From the NCBI GenBank assembly GCA_965112635.1, contig OZ218778.1, positions 1 to 64,000 on the forward strand: a stretch of DNA of 64,000 nt, in the 5' to 3' direction. This DNA is from an uncultured bacterium. Its GTDB lineage: Bacteria; Oederibacteriota; Oederibacteriia; Oederibacteriales; Oederibacteriaceae. Of this stretch, positions 27,566-41,300 are shown one piece after another. The position numbers and the translations under genes were made by a program. Each line of letters opens with the position of its first letter. Position 1 is the stretch's first letter. The notes beneath the pieces were generated by a model, which was not told the origin of the DNA, made no database searches, and worked only from the letters and a program-made list of their open reading frames with translations.

Positions 27566-29113
27566 TTATTCGATGCCCGCCTTCTTAAGCATATCCCTCA
27601 GGTCCTGGTCATTGGGATCGACCTGCAGGGCTCTTTTCCAGGTCGCGATAGCCTTATCCCTCTGCCCTATCTGGAAATAAGCGGAACCCATCCTCATCAA
27701 AGCAGTCTTGTTGTTCGGCTCCAGGTCCAGGATATCCTGGCAATCGCTGATGACCTGGTCGTACTGGCCCGAATAAAAATGGTTCAGGGAGTCGAAAAGC
27801 TTTTTGTCCACCACGGAAAGCCCCTCGATCACGCGTTTTTCCTTGAATTCCACGCCTGATTCCTGCGAGAGGTACTTGGCCACCTGCAGGATGCGGTCGC
27901 TTTCAGGATGCAGGGTCAACGCGTAGGTCATGGAATTGAGAGCCGCCGGATTGTCCCCTTCTATATAATGCTCCAGTCCGGAACGCATCAGTCTTTCGTC
28001 CGCGACCTCGCTCTTGTCGACATGCAGCTGCTCCACGATATTGGTCAGCTTGGCCACGTCCCGCGCGGTGTCCTCGGACTTTTCGTTCAGCACCAGGGAA
28101 TGCTTCATCTGGTCCAGGGCCATGGCGTAAAGCCCGCTCTTATAGCTTTCCACGCCCGCGCTGTAGTAACGCTTGGCCTCTTCAAGCTTTTGCATCAGCA
28201 CCGACTGGCCGAAGCTCGCGGAAACGGAGAACCAGTTGGTCCCGCCCAGGCTTTGGCTGCTGTAGCCGTAGTCGAACGCATACTCTCCCTGCTTCACCCC
28301 GAAACCGACCAAAAACTCCTCATAGTTGAACCCCATCCGCAGGGCCAGTTGGTTGATGGCCCAATACTCGCCCCCGCAGAACCAGTGCATGTCAGGGGCC
28401 GAGTCTTTTTCCAGGTCCACGGAGGTCAGGAATTTCCCCTGGAGGAATTTATAGCTCGCCCCGCCCCGAAACACGAAAGGCAGCACGTCGCTGGAGACAT
28501 CTCCCCATTCCACCCCCAGGATGTTCTGGATCATCAGCCCCAGCCTGAGCGAAGGCACGGGCTCGGCCAGGAACCCGGCCGCGTCCAGGATATAATCCCC
28601 GTTGATGTACTGGGCCAGCTGCTGTTCGTAGCACTTTACGTTTGCCCCCACCGAAAAACCCTCCACCACCTTGGCCCCGTAACTGAAACTGTAAACCGTG
28701 TAGGTATCCGAAAACGAACCGGTCACCACGTTGTTCACGTCGGTTTGTTCGAAACCGCCCGAGGAAAGCCTCAAAAGGCTGAGCCCATAGGTGCCCAAGT
28801 CCGTGGTGGGATAAACGTAGCTGAAAAAGTCATAGGTCGTGTCCGCCCACAGGGCCGCGTGCAAAAAAGTGGCCTGTTGCAGGCTGATCTGGGTCATCCC
28901 CGCCGGATTCCAATAAGTGGCCGAGGCGTCATCAGCCACCGACACAAAAGCCCTGCCCATTCCCAGGGACCGCGCCCCTGCTCCCCAGTTCAGCAATGCC
29001 CCCAGCTGACCGCCTGATCCCACAGGGTCTGCTTGCAAAGTCTGGGCAAGCAGCCCTGCCAGACAAAGGCATAGGCAGATAAAAATAGGTAGTTTAAATT
29101 TCCACAATTGCAT
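27566..29113 (-). CDS. PorV/PorQ-like beta-barrel fused to C-terminal TPR repeats
   Basis: GAGARSLGMGRAFVSVADDASATYWNPAG, GGEYW....ALRMG, FDYGY; TPRs AKRYYSAGVESYKSG.Y and ALMRMGSAYFQIGQRDKAIATWKRALQVDPN. Confidence 0.85.
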   Translation of the reverse strand: MQLWKFKLPIFICLCLCLAGLLAQTLQADPVGSGGQLGALLNWGAGARSLGMGRAFVSVADDASATYWNPAGMTQISLQQATFLHAALWADTTYDFFSYVYPTTDLGTYGLSLLRLSSGGFEQTDVNNVVTGSFSDTYTVYSFSYGAKVVEGFSVGANVKCYEQQLAQYINGDYILDAAGFLAEPVPSLRLGLMIQNILGVEWGDVSSDVLPFVFRGGASYKFLQGKFLTSVDLEKDSAPDMHWFCGGEYWAINQLALRMGFNYEEFLVGFGVKQGEYAFDYGYSSQSLGGTNWFSVSASFGQSVLMQKLEEAKRYYSAGVESYKSGLYAMALDQMKHSLVLNEKSEDTARDVAKLTNIVEQLHVDKSEVADERLMRSGLEHYIEGDNPAALNSMTYALTLHPESDRILQVAKYLSQESGVEFKEKRVIEGLSVVDKKLFDSLNHFYSGQYDQVISDCQDILDLEPNNKTALMRMGSAYFQIGQRDKAIATWKRALQVDPNDQDLRDMLKKAGIE

Positions 29114-29358
29114 CAGTCACTCCACCTAACCAAGAACTTAATATTTTTGTTCTATTTAAAAGGCATAGCCATAAATACTTCTTGTTGTCTTTAATAACCG
29201 CATTGAGCGTCTGTATATTCAAGCCATTTTTTAGATTATATCATTTATATAACTCTATGCGAGGAAAGGCAAGTTCAAGTCGGCTGGGTAATAAGAAAAC
29301 GGACTTAGCGGCTTGCTATTGCCTTTCTTCCCGCCATAACAAGGCCATTTTCTAAGGA

Positions 29359-32300
29359 TTAGTGTAATACCGCTATCTTGCGCAAAACTTGAGTAGTACC
29401 CTGGGAATTATGCACCACAATACGGCAGATATACCCGCCTCTGGCAACGCTCTGGGAGATATCATTGGTCCCATCCCAAAGGACATTATTGGCTCCCGCC
29501 TGACCGCCTGATTGTCCGGCTTTGATCACAAAGGTCTTCACCAGGTGGCCGGTCAAGTCGAACAGGGTGATGGTGACATCCGAATCCTGGTTGAGCAGAT
29601 AGGTAATGGTCGTCGGTCCCAGCCTGGAATCGAACGGATTGGGGTAGTTGGACACCAGGGAAACCGGCTGATTGAGATTACCCGTCAGGACCGCTGCGGA
29701 AACCGGCGACCACGGGCCCCAGCTGCCTGCGTTGTTCAAGGCCATGACCCTGTAATAAAAGGCGTGTCCTGCTGGCTTGCCTGTGACCTTATACTGAGCC
29801 GTATCGCCCGGAATGGTGGTGCTCAGGGTGGTCCACACCGGCGAAGTGTCCATCCTCTCCTGGATGGCATAGGCCCCTATTCCTGATTCCGCATCCAGGG
29901 CCGGGTTCCAGCTCACGATATAGGACGTGTTGAACTGGCCCGAAAGGGACAGGGATGAGGTCGGGGATCCTGGCGTAGAGGGCGGCGTGAGGTCCACGGA
30001 GATCGCCGCGTAACCGACGCTGCTCAGGACATTGAGCAGGCTCTTGGTCTTGACGTTGAAATAGTAGGTGTGGTTGTGCGCCAGCAAGAGCCCCTGGGCC
30101 GAGGCGCTTTGATTAGTTCCCGAGTCCTGCCAGTTCTGGAGGTCCTGGGCCGTGGGCGAGGTCCCCACCGAGTAATAGTTATCGCTGATGCCCACCGAAG
30201 AAGTGCTGATCCAGCTGGCCGCCAGCGCGTTGGGGTTGTTGGTCCACACCGGCGCATTGACCTGCGGAGTGGAAGGCGTGGACATGTCCAATATGGTGAT
30301 CGTGTTGGTCGTGGCTGGGAATCCCGCCGTGTTGACCGACCCCGGAACAATGGTCAAGAAGCTCGTGTTGGCGATCTGGAACCCGAAGGTCTGGTTGTCC
30401 GGCGCCGCGGTCGGGTCTGACGATACCGTGCCCATCAGGAAATAGGTCTGGGCCGTGGTGCTGATGGCCTGCGGGGTCAGGGGTATCTGGGCCACCCCGT
30501 TGTTAAAGTTGGCGCTGGGGTTGGTGACCGAACCGATCATGGGATCGTTGACATTGTAGACCCCGGTCCCGTTGATGTCTTTATACACGCCCAGGCTCAG
30601 GACCGCGTCGTTGGGCTTGATGGGAGCCGTCCCGATGCGGGTGACTTCGAGGTTGCTCCAGGTCGCGGTATGGGTGTTGGTGGCTACGTTGAACTTGAAC
30701 AAGGGCACGCCGGTCTGGCCCTGGTTGGCCCCTTGCGGGGAGATATTGATCGCCGTAAAGCTGACATTGATGGCCTGGATCGTGGACAACTGCGGCGAAT
30801 TCCAGGGGAACTGGCTCGTGGCCGGTATCTGGTTCCCTGCCGGCGTGAAATGGAACACGTTGTTGGCCGAGAACTGAAGCCCCACCGTGTCCGTGGCCGT
30901 GGCCGTCAGGCTGATATCGTAGACGACGAAATAGACCTTGGGCGACGTGGTGATGACCTGGGCGGTCTGCGTCAGGGACAGGAGGCATACCCCGTTGGTA
31001 AAGGTGCCCGTGGTCACCAGCGTGTCCTTGTCCGCCTCAAAGACAGTGTCGTAATTGCTGTCCTGGTATAGCGAAACCCGCGCAATATCCGTGTCCAGGC
31101 TGGAGCCGTAGCGGTTGATGTCCAGCTCCGTGAAGTTGGCTGTGGACACGTTGGTGGTCAGAGCCAGAGTGGCCATGGACACGTTCGTGTCGCCCTGGAA
31201 CACGCTGACAGGCGCCGTGGAGGTCACGGACAGCGAAATAGCGTTGGTGAACGGCGTAATGGTGGACGCGCTGCTGCCGAACCCGAAGTGGGCTACAGCG
31301 ACCGTGTTGGTCACGCCCTGGGGCGCGTCCATGCCAAAGTAGGTGTTGGCCGTCAGGGTCAACCCGACCTGGTCGCCGACATAAGCGTTGGGGCTGATGT
31401 CAAAAGTGATGTAGTAGTTCTGTCCGGCCGCGGTATTGGTGATATTTTCACCGGCGGGGTTCATCATGCTCAAGATTGTGGTCTGGTTGTTGAACAAAGC
31501 GCTGTAACTCACCTGGTCCACGGGTATCAGCGAACCGTTGGCGTTGATGTAGCTGACGCCGCTGCTGTCAGCGCGCCACAACTTGATGCCCTGGACATCG
31601 GCATCCGTGTTGTGGCCCATGGAGTTGGGCGTGCCGGTCCGGTCCACCTGCAAGGTCATGAGATTGGAGGTGAAGGGCGTCGAAGCCATATTGAATTCGA
31701 TCATGGCGATACCGGTCACGCTTTGGGCCATCGTGATAGGCGCCTGAGAACTGCCCAGGACCGTGCATACATTGGCCACCGGCACGATGGTCAGGGTATT
31801 GGACACGATGGCGCCGCCCGGCAGCTGCACGCTGTGGGGCGACAGCACCGTGAAATAGCTGAAGTCAAAATCGGACAATTGGATGGTGCCGCCTGTGGCC
31901 GTGGGCGCGATATCCACCACCACGAAATAATCCGTGGGCGTGGAGTAGACGATCTGGCCCGTCACGGTCGTGGAAGTGGGGGCGCTGATATCGCCGCTCC
32001 ACATTTGCAGCATCGCGATGCCTCCCGAGAACGTTCCCTTGGCCACGACCGGGTCCACAGCCGATCTGAAGATATGGTCGCCTTGGATCTCTTTATAGAT
32101 CCGGATCTGCTGGATGGCGCTGTCATAGGCGCTTCCTATCTGGTTTATCTGGGTCTTCATCCACGGCACGAAATAAGCGTCCGAATTGACCGTGAACTTC
32201 TCAATGAGGACATTGGTGGAGCCCTGGCTCACGGTGCCCGTGGGCGTCAGGCTCGTGCCGTTGACCGTCATGATCCTGGGCTTGGGCGAGATCGTGATAA

Positions 32301-35300
32301 CGCCGGTGGAGATAGGCAGGCCCGTGGTGGTCACCCAGCAGGGCGAAGAAAATATCTGTCCGCTGGGAGAATTCAGGCTCGCGGTCAGGGTCACCCCTGG
32401 GTTAGCCAGGTTGGCCACGTCAAAGACCACGAAGAAACTCTGATACGGCAAGGTCGCCGTGACGGTCAAAGGCGTCAGGGAGGGATTGCTGGCCAAAGGC
32501 TGGGCCGTGATGGTCAGGAAACAGATGCCGTTCACAAAAACATTGTTTTGCGGGACGCTCACCAGCGGGTCTTGCTGATACGCTCCCGCAACAGTCTGCC
32601 ACCGCATGATTTTATCATTATTGACATCCTGGTAAATACTGACGTCCTGGATGTCCGTGTCGCTGGCTGTGCCCTGATTGATGATCTGGAGGTTTTGCCA
32701 CAGGGCCGTGGAGTTATTGGCATTGACCGTAAACATGAACACCGCCGTATTGGTCACGCCCTGCATCATCTGGCTGGGCGACGGGTAACCGCCATTGGTA
32801 AAGGTCATCATGGACGGATACTTTTCGATCGTGGCGGCTATTCCGTTCAACCAGGGGAAATGCTTGTTGACCACGAATTTGGGCGGCCCCACCACCACCG
32901 AGCTTGTGTTGGTCACGGTCAAGGCGATGGTATCGTTGAGCACGGCCAGATAATTGACATCCAGGCAGATAAAGAAGTTCTGGGGCGTGGTCGTGAATAT
33001 GGGCGGCACCGAGAAATTGATCGTGGCGGTATGGCCCGTGAAGGTGACGTTCGCCGGGCTGACCAGGTCCGCCGTGTCGGTCAGTCCCGTCGCCTGGTTG
33101 AGGACCAGCATCGTATCGGCCAGCGAGGTCGTGGTGATGTTGGTGGGTTTCTCCCTATAGACCTTGATGGCCTTGATGTCCGAGTCCGCGGCTGACCCTA
33201 TCTGGTTGACCGTCAGCTGCTGCCAGAACGCCGTGTTGGAGGTGGTGGAGACGCTCACCTCAAAGAACACCACGTTCGTGTCCCCCTGCACGACTTGCGG
33301 CGGAGCCAGGCTCGTAGAGACCATGTTCACCGGGTCGACCGTCGCCGTGATAGTGATGGTGTGCGTGGTAAAGGGGAAAAAGGCCGGAGGCGCGTTAACA
33401 TAAGAGGGATTATTGATATTAAAGTTTGAGCTCCCGGAAATACCCATATTCAGGCTTCCGCCAATGGTGGCGCTGGGGTCGATGTCATAAGATATAAAGT
33501 AATTCTGGGGACCGGTGCCGATGACTTGGCCTGTGATGGTGATGTTAGCCAGGCCGTTCTTGAACGTGTCATAACCGGACGAGATCATTTGATCCAATCC
33601 CGGCTGGAATAAGCCGCTGCTCGGAGTATCTTTCCATACCTTTATGGCGTTTATGTCACCGTCATGGATGGTACTGGGAACAGTATAGGCGACTTGCAGG
33701 GAGACCAGGGTCTGGGTATAGGCGTTGGTGGACATGGTCATCCTGGCCATGCCCACGTTCTTGGCTCCCTGCCAGACCGAGCTGTTGGGAGTGCCCGGGT
33801 TTCCGGTCCCCGCCACGACCGTGATATCCATGGGTACGACCGTGACCAGGCCCGGCGTGTTACTGATAGGAGTCAGGGTGGTGCCCATGGGGAAGAAGTT
33901 CTGGGCCACCAGGATGGAGCCGTTGGCCGTGTTCACCTGGAACAGGTTGCTGCTGTTGAGGTAAAAGCCCGTCGTGTTATTGAACTGAGCCGTGCCAGCC
34001 ACATCCACGGTCAGGAAATAGACCTGGGAAGGACCGGCCGACAGCGAGGTCAATACCTGCGGCTGGGTCAGCTGGATATTGAAGGTCCCGTTAGAATTCA
34101 GGAAACTGCCGCCGCCGGACGAGGTATTGCCCAGGAAAAGGTCCGCGTTGGTATCCAAAAGACCCGTCCCCTTGATATCTTTCCACAAACTGATGTTGGT
34201 GATATCCGTATTGGGCACGGCCGTGCCGGTCAAGGAACCAGCCACGCTGAGCCAGGTGGAGGTAAAGGCCGTGTTGGTGGCGTTATTGTTCATCAGCAAA
34301 CGCAATAAGGGGATATAGTTGGAACCCTGGGCTACCGAGTTCCCGATCAGCCAAGGGGACTGGTCGGTAGGCTGCGTGATCACGCCGACGACCAAGAGGT
34401 CGATATTCCGCACGATCTGGGCGGTGTTCACCGGGTCGTATTCCACCACGCCGGTGCTGCCGGACAGGCTGCCGTCCGTGGCCGATATTTTGATCGTCTC
34501 GGCGTAGATATCCGTGACCTGGAACTGGGCCACGCCGCGGTCAGAATTCTGGAACGTGTAGGAGGTCGGGTTGGGCACCCCGTTGTTGTTGCAGGAGAAG
34601 CTCACCTTGCCGTTATAGTAGTTGCCGTTGGCCGGGTCCCCGGTGCACAGGTTGTTGTACTGGTCCCTGGCCATGACCGTGATGAGCTTGCCGAGCGTGA
34701 CGTTGGCCGGACCCTGGTAGGTCAGGGTGAACCTGGACGGCGCCGCGTTGGTGATGGTTTCCAGCTGTGAGCTGGGCAGCCAGCCTAGCAACACTGGTGA
34801 CTCGTAGGCCGTCAGGGTCACAAAATTAGCGATAGTGTCCTTATAGTAGAACGGCGCGTTGCTCCCCCCTGATTTGACCGCCAGGGTCTCCTGGCTGACC
34901 CAGTTGACCTGGTCCGTGGAGAACAGACCCTGCGAGCTGGTGGTCTGCATAGCGATGCTGGCGCCGCCGGGGAACGTGGTCTGGTTGCCGTAGAGGTCCT
35001 GCGCCTGCAGGATCATCTGGGTGGAGGACTGGCCGGCCACGGTCTTGGTGGAATTCGTGACAAAGGCCACCCTGGTTACCGGTCCAGGCAAGACCATCTC
35101 TACCTGATTGCCCGGGATCCAACCCTGGGTATTTTCCTTGGCCGTGACCGTGGCGCCTGTCGGCGACACCACGGGGTCTTTGTAATAGAAGTTCACGCTG
35201 GTCATGCCGCCCGTGATGCTCACGCTCATGGGACCGCTGCTCCAGTTGTTCTGGTCAATGGAAAAGCCGTAATTACCGTAGGAATTGCCCGGGCTGGTCG

Positions 35301-38300
35301 AAGACAGGTTGATGGCCAGCGTTCCCAGCGCCCCCGGAATGGGGCTGGGGTTGCCGAACTGGTCCTCGGTCTGGGCGGTCATGGTCTGCGAAAAACCCGT
35401 GGCCGGGAACGACTGGGGCGCCGTCGCGAACCCTATCTGGGTGATGGGGCCGGGCAGGACCGTCTGGACCTGGGAGGCCGGCACCCAGAACTGGGCCGGG
35501 CTTCCCACGCCGGTGACGGTCACGTCGGCGTAACCCGCCTTGGTGTCCTCGTAAAAGAACTGGATGGTGTTCTGGCCTTGGCCCATGATGACGCTCGTGA
35601 CCGACAGCCACGGCACGGCCGCGACCGAGAAGTAATGGGCCCAGGGAGAATCCGAGGTCAGGTTAAAGGTCGTGTTGGCTGACACGGTCTGTGGGTTACT
35701 GAACTTGTCCTGCGTTTGCACCGTCATCAAGGTGGAAGGCAAACCTGTGGTCATGATGTTGTCCGGAGGCGAAGTAAAGACCTCTTTGTTGATGACATCG
35801 GGATAGACATTGATGTTCGCTGTGGGTACGGGCGCCAAACCGCTGGAGAAGGCGCTCAGGACCCAGGCTCCGGACCTCTCGTCGTAATATTTGAAACTGG
35901 CGTTGGACGAGCCTTTGGGTATCACGACCTGCTGAGTGCTCTGGGTGGCGGGATTTAACAATTGCTGGTCCGTGAGCGGGTCCCTGAACTGCGTTACCAC
36001 GCCGGTCTGGACCGCCGTCGAGGTGGTGGTCAGGTTGATGGTGATGGCATTCAGGGCGGACTCGTTCTCATACGGGTCATAGGCGGTCACCGTGAACAGG
36101 GCGTCCGTCCCAGCCACGATAAAGGGCGCGGTGGTGGTGAACTCCAGATGGTTGGCCGCTCCGCCGATGGTGGTCATCAGGGGGCAGGTCCCGGACACGT
36201 TGGCCGTCAGGGTCATGTTCAGGGACGCGAGGGTGATGGTCGCCGTGTCTCCGGCCTTGGTCGAGACCGCGTAAAGCACGGGGAGCGTGTTCCCTATCTG
36301 GCCGGTATTGTCCGTGGCCGTGGTGGTCAGGGACAGGGACCCTGACTTGGTGCCGCCCCAATTGATGGTCAGGTTGCAGGCGATGTTGGACCACTGCACG
36401 GCGTTGCCAAAGGTGTCCGCCAGCTGGCCGATGATGTTCACGGAATTGCCCGCCGGGACAGGCAGGGCGGCCGGCGGCCCGGAGAAGGTGAACTTGGTCG
36501 GCAAGCCGGGTATGACCATGATATTGTTCTCCACCCCGGTCAGCCCGGTGGCCACGTCCTGCACCGACACGCTCTGCGTGCCGATGGACCCGTCACCGTT
36601 CCTCTTGACCGTCACCAGGGTGATGGACGGGAAGGTATGGAGCCCGTTATCCGGGCTGGGCCCTGTCGTGGTGAATTGGTAGTTCCCCAGCTGGGTGGGC
36701 AGTTGGGCGTTGAGGTCCGTGCTAAAGAACCTGATATAACCGTTGTATTCCAACACCTGGTTAGCGTAGGGGTCCCTGGCCTCTACCGTGACGCTGCTGC
36801 TGGAGCCCGCCGTGATGGTGAGGGGGATGCCCGTGACCGTGAAATAGCTGATGGCCGTGTTGGTCACCCGGATGGGCGCGCTCATCCCTGCGGTCAGACC
36901 CGTCGTGAGATCCGTAGCCGTGAGCGTGGTCAACTGGGCCGTAAATAGTTTGACTTGGAAGGGATAAGTCCCGTAGCTCAAGTTGGCCGCCCCGGGCAGA
37001 GAACCCACAGCCTGGGTATCATCGCAGCTCAACTGGACTTGCGAGGTCATGGTCACCACGTTGTAATAGCTGTCGATCGAATTGACGGTCGTGGTAAAGG
37101 TGGTCCCGGCGGTCTGGGTCAAAGGCTGGCCGGTCTTGCCCGGAGCGAACGAACCCGGCACGGCCGTTTCACCGGGCAGGATGACCTGCAGGCTACTCGG
37201 GCTGCTGGCATTCATGGTCATATGGTCCGTGCTGGAGTTATAGGAATTGAGGTTGGGATAAGAATAGGCCGTCAGGGTCGTAGCACGCGCTCCGGTAGCC
37301 GTCCTGAAGGTGATGGTAAAGTTCGCGGACCCGAGGTTCGTGGTCGGCGGGAGCGCCGGCAGGCCGGCAAAGAGGTCCGTGGCGGTCAGGGTGACCTGGG
37401 TGCTGTAGCCCGTGGCCACGTTCCAGTAGGGATCGACCAGGTTGACCGTCACGGTCACGGGCATGCCCACGACCTCGCTGGCCGGCGAGCCCAACTTGCC
37501 GTTGCCGGTCCCAGGCGCGCTGGTCTCTCCGGGCAGCAGTAACTGCAGGTTGGACGGGGGTGCTGGTTTCACCTGGACCGGCGCGCTGGGACCTGGCTGG
37601 ATGGCGTTACCCGTGTCTGTCGCGGTCAGGGTCACCCACTCGGCGGTGACCAGCTTGGTAGAGAGTTGTCCGGTCCCGTTGACCAGGCCCTGGTTGCCGG
37701 CCGGCGGGTTGGAATTGGCATCCGTGGAGGCCAGGGATACCACCGGGTTGTAAGAAGCAATGTTCCAGTTCTCGTCCACGTCACTGACCGTAGTATTGAA
37801 GGCTGTTCCGGCGGTCTCCTGGTCGGGCGAACCGGTCTTGCCGGTCAGGCTTCCCGGGTCCGGCGTTTCACCCGGCAGCAGGACCTGCAGTTTCTTGCCA
37901 GTGTCGGCCTTGACATTGAACAGGGTGCTCTGGTTGGACAGGACGCCGTGGGCCGGGTCCGTGGCCGTGATCCAACGGGTCCAATTCCCGCTGTTGGGAT
38001 TCTGGCTCGTGGCTATATTGAGCGTGACATTATAGGTCGTCGTGCCCCCCGCCATGGCCTGCGGAGCCGGCAGAACTGGATTGGCGTAACCGTCATTGGT
38101 GCTCAAGTTGGTTGTGGTCGTCATGGAATTCACGATATTCCAACGAATATCCACCCCGTTGACCACGACCGGGAAGCTGACCCCGGCGGTCTCCGTGACC
38201 GGCATGCCGGTCTTGCCTGTTAAACTGCCCGCATCAGGATTTTCACCGGGCAATAGGACCTGCAACTGGTACGGTAAGCCGGGCAGGACTGTGACCGCCC

Positions 38301-41300
38301 CCGTGCCGGCCTGAAGCCCCTGAGCGTCCATATCCGTGGCGGTCAGGACCACGTTCTTGGCTGTTACCAGGGTGACATTGAACAGGAGCATCCCGTTATT
38401 AAGAGAAGCATTGACCGGCATGGTCGCGTGCAAGTCGGTCGAGGTGATGCCCACCAGCGGGGTAGAGCCTATGCCGGAGACCTGGTTCCAGTTGGCGTCC
38501 ACGGCTGAGACCGTGATGTTGAAGGGTACCCCCGCGTTCTGGACAAAGGCCGTGCCGGAAACACCCAAAGGACTGCCAGGCACACCATACATGCCGGGCA
38601 CCAGGACCTGCAGTTGATAGGGCGCGCCAGCCTGCACCGTGATGGGAGCGCTGGTATAGGAATTAAGGGACGAGACCGGCGCCGTGTCGGTCACGGTCAG
38701 ATGGCTGGTCTTGGCTGTCTTGAAGGTGGCGCTCAATAGAGCGTAACCGGCGACCAGCTTGGTGTTGGGCGGCATGGACCCTGTGGCATAGACATCATCG
38801 GAGGTGGTCGCCACATAAGGCGTGGCCGAGGTCTGGTTCCAGTTGTTGTCCACGGCATACACGCCAAAGGTGTTGGCTGTGCCGGCTGTCCAGACCGAGG
38901 CCGTACCGGATACTCCGGTCCCTGAACCGGGCACATAGCTTTGTCCAGGCAGGACAACGAGCAGTTTGACCGGTGCGCCGGCTAGCACGGTCAGAGCCGA
39001 AGTACGGGCGGTCCAGCCGTTACCCTGGGCGGTCACGGTCATGCTGTTGGTGGCCGTCACGGGCGCTATCGCATATACTCCAGTGCCGTTGTTGAGGCCG
39101 GCCTGGGCTGGCTCCACGTCATAGAGGTCGGAAGTGGACACGGTAACCTGCGGGTTGCTCGTGGGGTTGATATTCCATTCCGCATCCACGGCATTGACCG
39201 TGACCGGGTAGTAAGAACCGGCCGTGAGTTGCTGAGGCGTTCCGCTCCTGCCTGAGGCGGAGCCAGGTACCGAGACTTCGCCCGGAGCCAGGACCTGCAG
39301 CCCTATTGCGTTGCCGGGATTGACTACGAAAGTTGAACTCGTCCCTGTGGCCAGCCCGTAAGACCCGCCATTGCCGGTAATGGTCTGGGTTGCCGCGGTC
39401 CTCAAGGTCGTACTGTAGGATTGCGTGGAAATGCCTGTGAAATTAAGGGTTGTCGGCAAGCCCACCGGGAAATTATCCGAAGTGGTCATATCGACCAGGG
39501 CATAGCTGGGCGCTGACGGGTTGAACCAGTTGTCCACGATATTGACCGTAAAGGTAAAGGCGTACCCTGCGGTTTCAGCCGTGGTCGCGGTCTGGGTCTT
39601 GCCGGTCGGTGATCCCGGCACAGCCTGTTCACCCGGAAGCAGGACCTGCACCTTGGTCGGATTGCCCGGATTAAGGGTGAAGATGGGGCTGGTATAGGGT
39701 GTCAGACCCAGGCCGCTGGGCAGCCACTGGGCCGTCACCGTCAAGCTCCTCTGCCCTGCGGTCAGCAGGGTGATGTTATAGACAGTTTTGCCGTTGCTCA
39801 AGACCTGCGGCCCGAACGAAGGCGCGTAAACGTCATTGCTGGCCAAATTCGAAGTCGGGGTGACCGGTACCCCGAGGGTCACAGGCACCGTGTTCCAGAA
39901 AGTGTCCACAGCCGTGACCGTGACAGGGAAAGCCGTCCCGGCCTGCAGGCTGGTATAAGGCGTCCCGCTCTTGCCCGTGCTGAAACCCGGGTTGGCGGTC
40001 TCGCCGGGTAAGAGGAGCAGCAACTTGATGGGGCTGCCCGGATTGACCGCAAAGAAACTGCTCGTGCCCGCGGCCAAGCCCAGGGTGCTTTCGGTGGCCA
40101 TGATCTGGCGGCCAAAACCCGTGGTGGCCGTATTGAGGGTCACGCCGATGGTGGCTGTGCCGTTGGTCAGGTTCCAGCTTCCCGGAATGGTCAGGAGATT
40201 GGGGTCGTTGGAGGCCAGGGATACGGTCGTCGCGGTGGTGGTCACCATGTTCCAGTAGTTATCCGTGGCGTTCACGGCTACATTGAAAGCGACCCCGGCG
40301 TTTTGCGTCAAGGGCGTGCCCAAAACCCCGCCGGTATAATTGCTGCCCGGTACCGCGGCCTGGCCGGGCAGGACCACCTGCAGCCTGCTGACCGTGTCAT
40401 GGTTGACAATAAGCGGCGTGGTCACGGACGGGGTATGGGTCCCGTCATTGACCGTGACGGTCGAGGTCCCGGCGATCCTGAGGGTCAGGGCACCGGAGTA
40501 GTTCCTGGTGCCGTTGACCAGTTGCTGGACCCCTGGCAGTGTCGCGAAATTATCCGTGCTGGTAAAGGTGATCGAGGGCTGCTGGGCCGGCAGCAGATTG
40601 GCCTTGTTCCAATAATTATCCGTGACCCAAACCTGGGCGCTGAAAGCATGCCCCGCGGTCAGCACAGCAGGCGTCCCTAACCTGCCGTTATTGGCCATAT
40701 TGCCGGGATCATAAACCTCATTGGGGACAAGGATAAGCAGTTTGGTATCCGTATTGGCCGTGACCGTTACCAAAGAGCTGATTGCTTGCGGATTGGCCAA
40801 CAAGTGGGCCGTGTCTGTGGCAGATATGGTGAGGGGCCTGCCTGCCGTGATCAGGGTCGCGTAGAAAGTACCCGTGCCACTGGCTAAATAGGCCGGAAAT
40901 ACAGGGAAATTGGCGTTCCCATAGATGTCCGAAGAAGAAAGGGCCACCTGCGGGTTGGCGGTCATATCTATGTTCCAGTGAGCGTCAACGGCGTTGACCG
41001 TGACGGTCACCGGGTTGCCCGCGACTTGATTGATGATATTGGACGAATCCTTCCCTGTCGAGCTGCCCGGCACGGCCACCTCGCCCGGCAGGAGGATCTG
41101 CAGCTGCGAGGCCGGGGCATTGGTCACCGTGATGGCTGGCGCGTTGTTGGCGTAAAGCGATTCGGTCGCTTCAAAGCCGGTCAGGGTCAAACTCCCGGCC
41201 GTGTAAGGCGTATAACTGAAAACTCCGATCCCTCCGGCCAGGCCCATCTGGGCCGGATTCAACTGGGCATAATCATCCGTGGAGTCAATGCCCACGGTCG

